Shown here one piece after another: positions 10,148 through 19,823 of a DNA stretch of 64,000 bases. How positions within the stretch are numbered: position 1 is the stretch's first letter; each line of letters opens with the position of its first letter. Location of the stretch: positions 11,118 to 75,117 of the forward strand of contig CAWIHZ010000006.1 of the NCBI GenBank assembly GCA_963835955.1. The letters run 5' to 3'. This DNA is from an uncultured Alphaproteobacteria bacterium (GTDB lineage Bacteria; Pseudomonadota; Alphaproteobacteria; Rhizobiales; Beijerinckiaceae). The notes under the pieces are model-generated. The model had not been told where the DNA came from. It worked only from the letters and a program-made list of their open reading frames with translations, and did not search any database. Both the position numbers and the translations under genes were made by a program.

Positions 10148-10741
10148 TCAGCGCCTGCGGAGGCCGTCTACGAAGATGTCGGCAAGGCGCAGCGCCGTCT
10201 TTCGCCAATCGGGGGTGTCGTAGACGTTGTAGGACATGCCCACGAGCGCGCGCAGAAGGTCTTCAGGCGTGATATCGGCGCGTATCTCGCCGGCCTTCGC
10301 GGCGCGGTCGAGCAGCGAACCGACGGCCTTCGTGAGGCGGCCCGCCGAATAGGCGTGAAGCTCCGAAGGGCGATGCGCCGCGAGGGCCAGGGCCGCCACC
10401 ATGCCTTTCTTCGTCGCAACGAGCCGCACATTGGCGTGCAGCCAGCGCCGCAAAGCTTCGACGGGCGCAGATTCGTAGGCGAGCCGCTCCGCGAGTTCGC
10501 TGAGCTGATCCACTTCACGCCGGTATACCGCCTCGAATAGGGTTTCGCGCGTCGGGAAGTGACGATAGAGCGTTCCTATGCCGACGCTAGCGCGCTTCGC
10601 CACGGCTTCGAGGCTGGCGTCGGGGCCGCCGGCGCTGAAGATGTCGGCCGCCGCCTCGAGCAGGCGCTCGCGATTGCGGACCGCGTCGGCGCGAGGCTTG
10701 CGCACGGGATTTGTTGCACGACCTGACATGACGCCTGACAC
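10148..10741 (-). CDS. TetR/AcrR-family transcriptional regulator
   Basis: N-terminal HTH region RNRERLLEAAADIFSAGGPDASLEAVAKRASVGIGTLYRHFPTRETLFEAVY is a textbook TetR_N. The start is GTG 10741 or ATG 10729. Confidence 0.9.
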   Translation of the reverse strand: MSGVMSGRATNPVRKPRADAVRNRERLLEAAADIFSAGGPDASLEAVAKRASVGIGTLYRHFPTRETLFEAVYRREVDQLSELAERLAYESAPVEALRRWLHANVRLVATKKGMVAALALAAHRPSELHAYSAGRLTKAVGSLLDRAAKAGEIRADITPEDLLRALVGMSYNVYDTPDWRKTALRLADIFVDGLRRR

Positions 10742-10746
10742 GCCTC

Positions 10747-10775
10747 TTGCATAACGGAGGCACCCTCCGTATAAT
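10747..10775 (+). promoter_or_regulatory. sigma70-like promoter (TTGCAT-17-TATAAT) with a 7-bp inverted repeat in the spacer (candidate TetR operator)
   Basis: TTGCAT 10747-10752, TATAAT 10770-10775, and ACGGAGG-cac-CCTCCGT at 10754-10770. Located in the divergent TetR / molybdoenzyme intergenic region. Confidence 0.45.
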
Positions 10776-10923
10776 ATCTCGATCGAACCATGGGCGCTCT
10801 CGAAACGATGGCGGACGATCCAGCCTTATCGCGAACCCGCCGTCGCGCCGCGCGGCGTTCTTCTAATAGCCGGCCCGCGGCCTCGATATCTACAACTGCC
10901 GGACTGAACGCACGGGAGTCTTC

Positions 10924-11421
10924 ATGACCTTCTCTATGAGCCTTACCGTCAACGGTGAGCGGCGGGACGTCGCGCTCGACAACTCGCGCCTGACGCTCCT
11001 CGATCTCCTGCGCGAGCGCCTCGACCTGACCGGAACCAAGAAGGGCTGTGACCGTGGGCAATGCGGCGCGTGCACCGTGCTCTTGAACGGGAAGCGGGTC
11101 AATTCGTGCCTGGCTCTCGCGCTGAGCCTCGACGGCGCGGAGGTCGTCACCATCGAGGGCCTCGGTCAAGGCGACGAGCTTCATCCGCTGCAGACCGCCT
11201 TCATCGCGCATGACGGATTCCAGTGCGGCTTCTGCACGCCGGGCCAGATCATGAGCGCGGTCGGCCTGATCGACGAGGGCCAGGCGGGCGACGACCCCGA
11301 GCGTGTGCGCGAGGGGATGAGCGGCAACATCTGCCGTTGCGGGGCCTATCGCGGCATCACGGAGGCGGTGCTCGAGGCGCAGAAGCTTCTTGCGGAATGG
11401 GACCGGAGGAATGCGGCATGA
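10924..11421 (+). CDS. xanthine-dehydrogenase-family (2Fe-2S) small subunit (PaoA/CoxS-like)
   Basis: GCDRGQCGACTV and CGFCTPGQIM...CRCGAY cluster motifs; 165 aa. Confidence 0.9.
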   Translation: MTFSMSLTVNGERRDVALDNSRLTLLDLLRERLDLTGTKKGCDRGQCGACTVLLNGKRVNSCLALALSLDGAEVVTIEGLGQGDELHPLQTAFIAHDGFQCGFCTPGQIMSAVGLIDEGQAGDDPERVREGMSGNICRCGAYRGITEAVLEAQKLLAEWDRRNAA

Positions 11422-12476
11422 AGATCTTCGACTATGTGAGACCCGCCACGGTTCCGGAGGCGGTCGCCGCAGCGGCAGAGCCGGGCTCCGCCTATCTCGC
11501 CGCCGGCACCAATTTGCTCGACCTGATGAAGGGCGGCGCCATACGGCCCGACCGTCTCGTCGACATTACGCGCTTGCCGGGCCTCGACCGCTTGGAGCGC
11601 CAAGCCGATGGCGGCATGCGCATCGGCGCGCTGGTGCGGAACGCCGACCTCGCGCGTGACGCGGATTTCGCCCGCGCCTTTCCGGCCGTTGCAGAAGCGC
11701 TGCTCTCCGGCGCATCGGCGCAGCTCCGCAACGCCGCGACCGTCGGCGGCAATCTGATGCAGCGGACACGCTGCAGCTACTTCTATGACGTGGCGAGCGC
11801 CTGCAACCGGCGTGAACCGGGCGCAGGCTGCGACGCGCTGCAAGGCGAGAACCGCCTGCACGCGGTGCTTGGCTGGAGCAAGCACTGCATCGCGACCCAT
11901 CCGTCGGACTTCTGTGTGCCGCTCGTGGCGCTCGACGCCGTTGTGGAGATTGAAGGCAAAGATAGTCGGCGCGAAATCGCGCTCGAAGACCTTCACCGCC
12001 TGCCTGGCGACACGCCGGAGCGCGAAAGCGCGCTCGAGCCGGGGGACCTGATCGTTGCGCTTCGTCTTCCCGCCGATGCGGCGCGCTTCGCGGCGCATGC
12101 GCGCTATCTCAAGCTTCGCGAGCGCACGTCCTTTGCCTTCGCGGTTGTGTCCGCCGCCGCGGCGCTCGACCTGGAAGGCGGCGCGATTCGCGGCGCCCGG
12201 CTTGCCCTTGGCGGCGTCGCGGCGAAGCCATGGCGCGCGCGAGCGGCCGAAGAGGCGCTGGCGGGCGCAAACGCGGACGAGCCGGCGTTCCGCAAAGCGG
12301 CCGAAGCCGCGCTCGCCGACGCGAAGCCCTCCGGCGATAACGGATTCAAGATCGAACTCGCGAAACGGATCGTCGTGCGCGCGCTCGCGCTCGCGGCGGC
12401 GGGAACGCCGGAGCGCCTTCCTGCCCTTCCGGCCTCTCCCTTCTCCTCCGTTCCCAGGGCCCTTCAACATGCCTGA
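11418..12476 (+). CDS. xanthine-dehydrogenase-family FAD-binding subunit (PaoB/CoxM-like)
   Basis: MKIFDYVRPATVPEAVAAAAEPGSAYLAAGTNLLDLMKGG... is typical of the FAD_binding_5 subunit. The ATG at 11418 overlaps the upstream stop (ATGA). Confidence 0.9.
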   Translation: MKIFDYVRPATVPEAVAAAAEPGSAYLAAGTNLLDLMKGGAIRPDRLVDITRLPGLDRLERQADGGMRIGALVRNADLARDADFARAFPAVAEALLSGASAQLRNAATVGGNLMQRTRCSYFYDVASACNRREPGAGCDALQGENRLHAVLGWSKHCIATHPSDFCVPLVALDAVVEIEGKDSRREIALEDLHRLPGDTPERESALEPGDLIVALRLPADAARFAAHARYLKLRERTSFAFAVVSAAAALDLEGGAIRGARLALGGVAAKPWRARAAEEALAGANADEPAFRKAAEAALADAKPSGDNGFKIELAKRIVVRALALAAAGTPERLPALPASPFSSVPRALQHA

Positions 12477-14736
12477 GACCCATCGCACCCAGGCCTCGCC
12501 GAACCCGCGCTACGGCTCGAACGCGGGCCAGCCGCTCACCCGGCGCGACGGAATCCTCAAGGTCACCGGGCGCGCATCCTACGCCGCGGACAACCATCCC
12601 GAAGGAATGCTGTATGCGGTGTGCGCCGTCAGCACGATCGCGCGCGGCCGCGTCATGCATCTCGACGTCGAAGCCGCCAAAGCGCATCCGCATGTCGTGG
12701 AGGTGATCACTCCCGCCAACCGACCGCCGCTGGCGGGCGACCCGGAAGCCAGGGGAAGCCTTTTTGCGTTCCGTATGGAGGCGCTGCAGAACAACCGCGT
12801 GCGCTACGCCAACCAGCCGATCGCACTGGTCGTCGCGAAGACGCTGGAGGCGGCGACGGAAGCCGCCGCGCTGCTGAAGCCCCGTTACGAGGTCGAGCCG
12901 GCGCGCCTCGGGCTCGACGTCGAGCGTTTCGTCCCGCAGGCCGTGGGGGTCGGCTCGCCTCCGAGCGCCACGCATGGCGACGTCGAGGCGGGATTGTCGG
13001 CGGCGCCGCTGCGCATCGACGCGACCTACGAAACGCCGTCGCAATACCACAACGCGATGGAGCCGCACGCCATCGTTGCATCATGGGATGGCGACCGCCT
13101 GACGCTCGACACACCGAACCAGGCGCCGCACATGGCTCGCGCAGCCTACGCCGGCTTCTTCGGGGTCCCGCCGGAAAACGTGCTCATTCGCACCCCGTTC
13201 ATCGGCGGCGGCTTCGGATCGAAAGCCATCCTCGCCGGGCCGCATATTCTGTGCGCGCTCGCGGCCCGGTTGACGGGCCGGCCGGTGAAGCTGGCGCTGA
13301 CGCGCGCCCAGATGTTCGGTCCGGTCGGCCATCGCGGCCAGACGCGCCAGCGACTGAGACTCGGCATGGAGTCCGACGGCCGGCTCACCGCGGTTTCTCA
13401 TCACGCAATCGCAGCGACGAGCAGCTTCGACGACTTCATCGAACCGTCCGCCTTCGTCTCGCGCATGCTCTACGCGAGCCCGGCCATCGCCATTACCCAC
13501 GAAGCCGTGCGCAACGACATCGGCACGCCCGGCCCCATGCGGGCGCCGGGCCTCGCCTCCGGATCGGCGGCGCTCGAGGTCGCCATCGACGAAGCGGCGG
13601 AGGCCTGCGGCATGGACCCGCTCGACTTCCGGCTTGCGAATTATGCGGAGGTCGAACCGATAACCGGCAAGCCCTATTCGTCGAAGGCGCTGCGCGAATG
13701 CTACGACGAGGGCGCGACGAAATTCGGCTGGTCGGGCCGACCGCTTGCCCCCCGGCAAATGCGCGATGAAGACGGCTTTCTCGTCGGCTGGGGCATGGGA
13801 ACCGCCGTGTTCCACAGCCCGATGTTCGCTGCGGAGGCGCGGGCGGCGCTGCGCGTCGACGGCACAGCCACCGTCGAGACGAGCGCGATCGACATGGGGC
13901 AGGGCGCCTTGACGGCGCTCGCCCAGATCGCGGCTGACAGCCTCGGGCTCGACATCGACCGGGTCACGTTGCGCTTCGGCAGCTCCGACCTGCCCGATGG
14001 CGGGGTCGCTGGCGGCTCCGGCCATACGGCGACCGCCGGCTCGGCCATCCACGCGGCCGGCAGCAATGCCGTCGCGCGGCTCGCCGAGCTCGCCATGGCG
14101 GACCGCAACTCGCCGCTCTTTGGCGCGGGAAATGTCGGCGTGGTCGCGCGCGCCGGACGGCTCCACCGCAAAGACGACGAGAGTCGTAGCGAGAGCTATG
14201 CCGGCATCCTCGCCCGCGCCGAACTGGCGGAGATCGACGCGCGGGGCAAGGGCGCGCGCGATCCGGCGGCCGTTGGCGACCATGCGCTGCAGGCGCACGG
14301 AGCGGTCTTCGCGGAGGTCAAGGTCGACTCCGATCTCGGCCAGGTCCGGGTCACGCGCCTAGTCGGCGCCTTCGCGGCCGGGCGGATCATCAACCCGCGG
14401 CTCGTGCTCAGTCAGCTTTATGGCGGCATGATCTGGGGCGTGTCCTTCGCGCTGCACGAAGGGGCGAGCATGGATCGGCGCAACGGCCGCATCATGAATG
14501 CAGACCTTAGCGAATACCACGTGCCGGTAAATGCCGACGTGCCGTCACTCGAAGCGCTGCTGATCCACGAGGACGACGCTTTCGTGAACGGGCTCGGCAT
14601 CAAGGGCGTTGGCGAAATCGGCATTACCGGGACGGTGGGCGCAATCGCGAACGCCGTGTGGCACGCAACAGGAGTAAGAGTTCGCAAATTTCCTGTGAGG
14701 ATCGAGAACATCATGGCGCCCACCGCCGGCGCCTAG
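12469..14736 (+). CDS. xanthine-dehydrogenase-family molybdopterin-binding large subunit (PaoC-like aldehyde oxidoreductase)
   Basis: MPETHRTQ...GQPLTRRDGILKVTGRASYAADN..., later GGGFGSK and MGQG/GEIG motifs. About 755 aa from ATG 12469, overlapping the previous stop by 8 nt. Confidence 0.9.
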   Translation: MPETHRTQASPNPRYGSNAGQPLTRRDGILKVTGRASYAADNHPEGMLYAVCAVSTIARGRVMHLDVEAAKAHPHVVEVITPANRPPLAGDPEARGSLFAFRMEALQNNRVRYANQPIALVVAKTLEAATEAAALLKPRYEVEPARLGLDVERFVPQAVGVGSPPSATHGDVEAGLSAAPLRIDATYETPSQYHNAMEPHAIVASWDGDRLTLDTPNQAPHMARAAYAGFFGVPPENVLIRTPFIGGGFGSKAILAGPHILCALAARLTGRPVKLALTRAQMFGPVGHRGQTRQRLRLGMESDGRLTAVSHHAIAATSSFDDFIEPSAFVSRMLYASPAIAITHEAVRNDIGTPGPMRAPGLASGSAALEVAIDEAAEACGMDPLDFRLANYAEVEPITGKPYSSKALRECYDEGATKFGWSGRPLAPRQMRDEDGFLVGWGMGTAVFHSPMFAAEARAALRVDGTATVETSAIDMGQGALTALAQIAADSLGLDIDRVTLRFGSSDLPDGGVAGGSGHTATAGSAIHAAGSNAVARLAELAMADRNSPLFGAGNVGVVARAGRLHRKDDESRSESYAGILARAELAEIDARGKGARDPAAVGDHALQAHGAVFAEVKVDSDLGQVRVTRLVGAFAAGRIINPRLVLSQLYGGMIWGVSFALHEGASMDRRNGRIMNADLSEYHVPVNADVPSLEALLIHEDDAFVNGLGIKGVGEIGITGTVGAIANAVWHATGVRVRKFPVRIENIMAPTAGA

Positions 14737-15102
14737 AGCACACCGATCCGGACGGCGGCTTTCAGGTCTGCCATCGGAGCAACCTCCCTGTGGAAATTAT
14801 GCCGGCTTCAGTTTGGAGACCTGCCGCCCAGACGCCGCAGGGAACTGCAAGATCCCGCCCTGAGCGGAAGTCGTTGTCTCAATTGGCGTGGACAATCGCA
14901 CCCTTGCGGCCAGCGTTGCGTTGATCGCATCATAATCCTTCAATACCCCGATCATGATCACTCTGACTGCGGCAGGAAGGGGCAGTGCAATAGCGTCGCG
15001 CCTCTTCCGGTCGCGACGTGATTGGCGCAGTCGGTTTGGCTGGGCCTTCGCCAGACGAGTTTTGGGACGTCCAGGACACCGCTCACATACCGGTCGGCGA
15101 AA

Positions 15103-15575
15103 TCATCGATGACGAACCCTGAGCGGCGGGTCCCCAAGGATCTTGTCCTCCCAAAACGTGAACTCGCGATCGATGCGCTCCTGGGCAGTGTCCGCCGACA
15201 TGTCGACGACGAGCACGAGATTGGGATTGTACTTGCGGGTCAAGACGGCTTCAAAGCCTTCCTCGACAAGTTGCCGTCGCGTCCGCTCGATCGTCGGGAT
15301 GCTGGTGTCCAGCGCCTCGGCGATTCGGCTGTCGCTCCATCCGTCGCCGGCCTCCGAAACATCCGCTTTCAACAGAATGCGCGCTTTCGTCAACAAATGC
15401 CCGGCGCGCTTGCCCTTGCGAATGAACTCCTCGAGCCGAGCCCGTTCCTCCTCGCTCAGCCTGACCGCGTATTTCTTGACGGCGACCTCTTTGCAGGCCA
15501 CGAATCATCTCCATCGCTCGATCGCGACAGCACAAATTCAGACTTTGCCATCAAACGCAATGACGTGAGCCGCTA
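15103..15575 (-). pseudogene. 5' stub of a second IS630-family element (HTH part of the transposase plus a degenerate left IR)
   Basis: [90 protein letters not shown] parallels the N-terminus of the 8796 copy (roughly 70% identical by eye). Homology ends after LTRK. The end sequence TAGCGGCTCACGTCATTGCGTTTGA (reverse complement of 15551-15575) resembles the other copy's IR. Confidence 0.7.
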
Positions 15576-16163
15576 GCGCTGCGTCATCGGCGCGTCGACC
15601 CCGCTGGAAGTCCTCAAGAGTGGCGGGAGGCCACACTCCTGAGAGGCTCCTTGCGTCAGATTCGCGAAACGGCGCCGATCCCAAATGGAGCTGGCGCCGA
15701 AGCGATATGGAAGCGGCGGCAACGCATCATTCATGCCATATTAGCGGAATAGACGCCGATTGCCGTTTTGAGCCTTTTCAAGGACTTGTTCGCTCGAGGC
15801 GGCGATTCCGGCCTTTGCGGTCTTCAGCAGGCCGCGCGAGGGTCCCGAGGGGCCGGTTCGCGGCCGCAAAAGTCGCCATCATCGCCAATTTCGATCAATC
15901 AGAATGATAGTAGCGAAATTTTTGATTCCAAATGACGAATCGAGACCGATTTCGGGCGCGCCGTCGCCCGCGCGACCCATGCGGCGCAGTCGACATGCGC
16001 GCGGACGCCGGGCAAACGAAATCTCCAGTCCAATATGTAATGAGCCGTGGCGCGGGCTGGACCTGACGAGGGAATGGGGTTAGCTGTTTTCCGGCCATTT
16101 TAGTGTTTCGTTAACGTTCCGTCCGGCGGCTGGATCCGCGGGTGGACGGGGGAGTACAGCAGT

Positions 16164-16736
16164 TTGAGGCTGTTTGTGGGCGCCCCGCCGACGCCGCTAA
16201 GAGCGTTTGCTTCGGGCTTGTGCATAGTGTTGGGCTGCCTGACCCTCGGCGGTTGCGTGGACGTCGTCGGCGATGCGGAGCCGAGCGCGGATTCGCATCC
16301 GCAATTCGTGCGGCGCGAGGACGCCAGCATGGCGGGCGCGACCGTGGCGATCGTCTCGGTGGACGGCGCTCCGTCCAAACTTTCCGCGCGCTTCAGTCAA
16401 AATCTAGCCGAGGCGGCCGCCGCCCGCCAGATCGCGGTCACGCCGCCGGCCAAGGCGCGCTATCTCGTGCGCGGCTACCTCAGCGCCTCGCCGGCGCCGA
16501 ACGGCGCCACGATCGACGTCGTCTGGGACGTCTTCACGCCGGACAAGCAGCGCGCCCAACGGCTCACCGATTCGATTACGATTCCCGGCTCGGGTGACGA
16601 CCCTTGGGCGATGGTCAGCGAGGCGGCGCTCGACAGCGTCGCCGACAAATGCGCCGACGATCTTGCCGCCTATCTGTCGAACACGCCCGAGGCCGCGCCC
16701 GCCGGCGCCGCCCTGAGCTACGCGCAGACCGAGTGA
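16164..16736 (+). CDS. hypothetical lipoprotein
   Basis: 190-aa ORF with signal peptide and lipobox (ASGLCIVLGCLTLGGC|VD) and non-shadow composition. The start is TTG/GTG and uncertain. Confidence 0.6.
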   Translation: MRLFVGAPPTPLRAFASGLCIVLGCLTLGGCVDVVGDAEPSADSHPQFVRREDASMAGATVAIVSVDGAPSKLSARFSQNLAEAAAARQIAVTPPAKARYLVRGYLSASPAPNGATIDVVWDVFTPDKQRAQRLTDSITIPGSGDDPWAMVSEAALDSVADKCADDLAAYLSNTPEAAPAGAALSYAQTE

Positions 16737-16889
16737 ACGCTGCGAATTGGCTGTGGAAAGTCGGCGGAACGTCGGCGCGCCAAGCCGTGAGGCCGTGTTG
16801 TTTGCGCCCAAGGCGGCTGCTATGACCCGCCCTATCGACCGCATTGCGGCGCGGGACGCGCCTTCGGAGGTTTGCCCGTGCTCGGCAAA

Positions 16890-17825
16890 ATGAAGATTTT
16901 GGCCGGCAACTCCAATGGACAGCTGGCCGAAGCAATCGCCGCCTACCTGGGCGAGCCGCTGACCGGCTGCCATGTGCGCCGCTTCGCCGACCTGGAGATT
17001 TTCGTCGAAATCCTCGAGAACGTGCGCGGTCGCGACGCCTTCATCATCCAGTCGACCTCTTTTCCGACCAATGACAACCTGATGGAGCTTCTGATCATGA
17101 TCGACGCCCTGCGGCGGGCGTCGGCGGCGCGCATCACAGCGGTCATTCCCTATTTCGGCTACGCCCGCCAGGACCGAAAGCCCGGACCGCGCTCGCCGAT
17201 CTCGGCCAAGCTGGTGGCCAACCTCATCACGCGCGCGGGCGCGGACCGGGTGCTGACGGTCGATCTCCACGCTGGCCAGATTCAGGGCTTCTTCGACATT
17301 CCGACCGACAATCTGTTCGCTGCGCCCACGATGGTGCGCGACATCAAGGGGCGTGGCGACGGGGGCAAGAATGTGATGGTCGTCTCCCCCGACGTCGGTG
17401 GGGTGGTGCGCGCCCGCGCGCTCGCCAAACGCCTCGACGCCCCGCTCGCCATCGTCGACAAGCGGCGCGAGCGGGCCGGGGAATCCGAAGTGATGAACAT
17501 CATCGGCGACGTCGCCGGCCGCAATTGCGTGCTGCTCGACGACATCGTCGATTCGGGCGGCACCCTGGTCAACGCCGCCGACGCGTTGCTCGATCAGGGC
17601 GCGGCAAGCGTCTCGGCCTATATCACCCACGGTGTGCTGTCGGGGGGCGCGGTCTCGCGCATCGCCGCCTCCAAGTTGACCGAACTGGTGCTCACCGACA
17701 CGATCGCCCCGACCGAAGCGGTGCGCGTGGCGCGCAACATCCGCGTCATTTCGATTGCGCCGCTGATCGGAGAAGCGATCGCCCGGATCGCCAAAGAGGA
17801 AAGCGTGTCCTCGCTGTTCAACTGA
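16890..17825 (+). CDS. prs: ribose-phosphate pyrophosphokinase
   Basis: [21 protein letters not shown]..., RQDRK, and the PRPP-binding loop [12 protein letters not shown]. Start placed at ATG 16890. Confidence 0.95.
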   Translation: MKILAGNSNGQLAEAIAAYLGEPLTGCHVRRFADLEIFVEILENVRGRDAFIIQSTSFPTNDNLMELLIMIDALRRASAARITAVIPYFGYARQDRKPGPRSPISAKLVANLITRAGADRVLTVDLHAGQIQGFFDIPTDNLFAAPTMVRDIKGRGDGGKNVMVVSPDVGGVVRARALAKRLDAPLAIVDKRRERAGESEVMNIIGDVAGRNCVLLDDIVDSGGTLVNAADALLDQGAASVSAYITHGVLSGGAVSRIAASKLTELVLTDTIAPTEAVRVARNIRVISIAPLIGEAIARIAKEESVSSLFN

Positions 17826-17899
17826 ACAGAGCGCGCGGCGTCGGCGAGTGAGCGTAAAATGCGACCCTGCCGCGACCGGACGTCCTCGGTCGGTAGACG

Positions 17900-18460
17900 A
17901 AGGAATATCTCCAACAATTGCGCGAGCGGCGGCCGCGATTTGGCGAACTGATCCAGATCGACGGCAGCCCGCATGACTGGTTTGAAGGGCGCGGCCCGCG
18001 CTGCACGCTGATCGTGTTCATTGACGATGCGACGGGGTGTCTGACGGCGTTGCGCTTTGCCCCCGCGGAGACGACGCGCGCCTACCTTGGCGCGCTCAGG
18101 GACCATGTTCTCGCGCATGGCTGTCCGGCAGCCTTCTATTCGGATCGGCACGGCATTTTTCGGGTCAACGCCAAGGACGCCGCCGGCGGCGACGGCAAGA
18201 CCGAGTTCGGCCGCGTCAGCGAGCGTTTGCGCATCGAACTCATCAACGCGCTCACCCCGCAGGCCAAGGGCCGCGTCGAACGGGCCAACCAGACGTTGCA
18301 GGATCGGCTGGTGCGCGAGATGCGGCTCAGGGGGATTTCCTCGATTGAGGAGGCGCAGGCCTTCACCCCCGCCTTCATCGCCGCGTGGAACGACAAGTTC
18401 GCCGGGCCGCCGCGCGGCTATCTCCAGACTCGGCTTGCCCTTGCCGCCTCTCCCGCATAG
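17900..18460 (+). pseudogene. internal fragment of an ISNCY-family transposase (integrase-core region), truncated at both ends
   Basis: RERRPRFGELIQIDGSPHDWFEGRGPRCTLIVFIDDATG...YSDRHGIFRVNAKDAAGGDGKTEFGRVSERLRIELINALTPQAKGRVERANQTLQDRLVREMRLRGISSIEEA matches the central part of ISNCY-type transposases as I remember them. The roughly 170 N-terminal and roughly 150 C-terminal residues are missing. Confidence 0.75.
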
Positions 18461-18642
18461 TCTCGACCGCGCTCGCTGGCGAGCGGTCGAGTCGGGCGGG
18501 GCCGGTCATTCGGGCTGAAGTCTTTCAACGAAGACCTCGAATGCTTGACGCTGGGGGCGCGGTTTGACTTAGCTCGACTGGCTGGTCAGTTTCGCAATCT
18601 TATCGGGCGCGCGCCGCACATCGGCGCTCGCCAGCACCGGGA

Positions 18643-19662
18643 GTGTCAACAGTGTTCGCTCGCAAGCTTTGTCAATTCTTGACCGCCGGCCTATTCGCGG
18701 CCGGCCTCGTCGCCGCGGCTCACGCGGCCGAAGTCAAGCCCGCCGTCGTCTATGATCTCGGCGGCAAATTCGACAAGTCCTTCAACGAAGGCGTCTTCAA
18801 TGGCGCGAAGCGGTTCACGAAAGAAACCGGGATCAAATTCCGCGATCTCGAAATCCAGAACGACGCCCAGCGCGAGCAGGTCTTGCGCAAATTCGCCAAG
18901 GACGGCTACTCGCCGATCATGACCGTCGGCTTCGCGTGGGCGACCGCGCTGGGCAAGGTCGCCGACGAATTTCCCAAGACTAAATTCGGCATCATCGACG
19001 CGGTCGTCGACAAGCCCAACGTGCAGTCGATCGTATTCAAGGAGCAGGAGGGCTCTTTCCTCGTCGGCGTGATCGCGGCCAAGACCTCCAAGACCGGCAA
19101 GGTCGGTTTCGTCGGCGGTATGGACATCCCCCTGATCTCGAAATTCGAGTGCGGCTACGCGCAGGGCGTCAAGTACGCTTCCGACGGCAAGGACGAGGTC
19201 ATCGCCAACATGACCGGCACCACGCCCGCGGCTTGGAACGATCCGGTCAAGGGCGGCGAGCTCGCCAAGTCACAGATCGCCCGCGGCGCCGACATCGTCT
19301 ACGCGGCCGCGGGCGCGACCGGCCAGGGCGTGCTGAAGGCGGCCGCGGACGCCGGCAAGTTCGGCATCGGCGTCGACTCGGACCAAAACTACTTGTTCCC
19401 GGGCAAGGTCCTGACCTCCATGCTCAAGCACGTCGATGTCGCGACCTATAAATCCTTCATGGACGCCAAGAACGGCACGTGGAAGGCTGGCGTCGAGTCG
19501 CTCGGCCTCAAGGACGGCGGGGTCGACTATGCGCTCGACCAATACAACAAGTCCCTGATCACCCCGCAGGTGAAGGCCGCCGTCGACGCCGCCAAGGCCG
19601 ACATCATCTCGGGCAAGATCAAGGTGCACGACTACATGTCCGACAACAAGTGCCCGGTGTGA
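18643..19662 (+). CDS. BMP-family (PnrA/Med-like) nucleoside ABC transporter substrate-binding protein
   Basis: 339 aa with signal peptide, then VVYDLGGKFDKSFNEGVFNGAKRF...FVGGMDIPLISKFECGYAQG, typical of the basic membrane protein family. GTG start. Confidence 0.9.
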   Translation: MSTVFARKLCQFLTAGLFAAGLVAAAHAAEVKPAVVYDLGGKFDKSFNEGVFNGAKRFTKETGIKFRDLEIQNDAQREQVLRKFAKDGYSPIMTVGFAWATALGKVADEFPKTKFGIIDAVVDKPNVQSIVFKEQEGSFLVGVIAAKTSKTGKVGFVGGMDIPLISKFECGYAQGVKYASDGKDEVIANMTGTTPAAWNDPVKGGELAKSQIARGADIVYAAAGATGQGVLKAAADAGKFGIGVDSDQNYLFPGKVLTSMLKHVDVATYKSFMDAKNGTWKAGVESLGLKDGGVDYALDQYNKSLITPQVKAAVDAAKADIISGKIKVHDYMSDNKCPV

Positions 19663-19737
19663 GCCAAGTTCGCCCATCCTTCGGGGCGCGATACATCGTA
19701 TTGCTCCTCAGGATGGGGATCTGCGCGATGCGCGTTC

Positions 19738-19795
19738 AATCCCCTCATGCCGAGGAGCGCCGCGTGAGCGGCGCGTCCCGAAGCGCGAGGGGATT
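19738..19795. repeat. REP-like extragenic palindrome in the SBP-ATPase intercistronic spacer
   Basis: AATCCCCTC (19738-19746) pairs with GAGGGGATT (19787-19795). The inner part GGAGCGCCGC-gtga-GCGGCGCGTCC forms a second helix with one bulge. Confidence 0.5.
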
Positions 19796-19823
19796 CGCCG
19801 TCGCCTAGCAATCGGGGACGCGC

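Noticed and set aside
14797-14955. A 52-codon minus-strand ORF (MIGVLKDYDAINATLAARVRLSTPIETTTSAQGGILQFPAASGRQVSKLKPA) next to the IS630 stub, considered as a possible antitoxin-like gene
   Set aside because: There is no recognisable motif, no partner gene and no clear RBS. It lies in a decayed segment.
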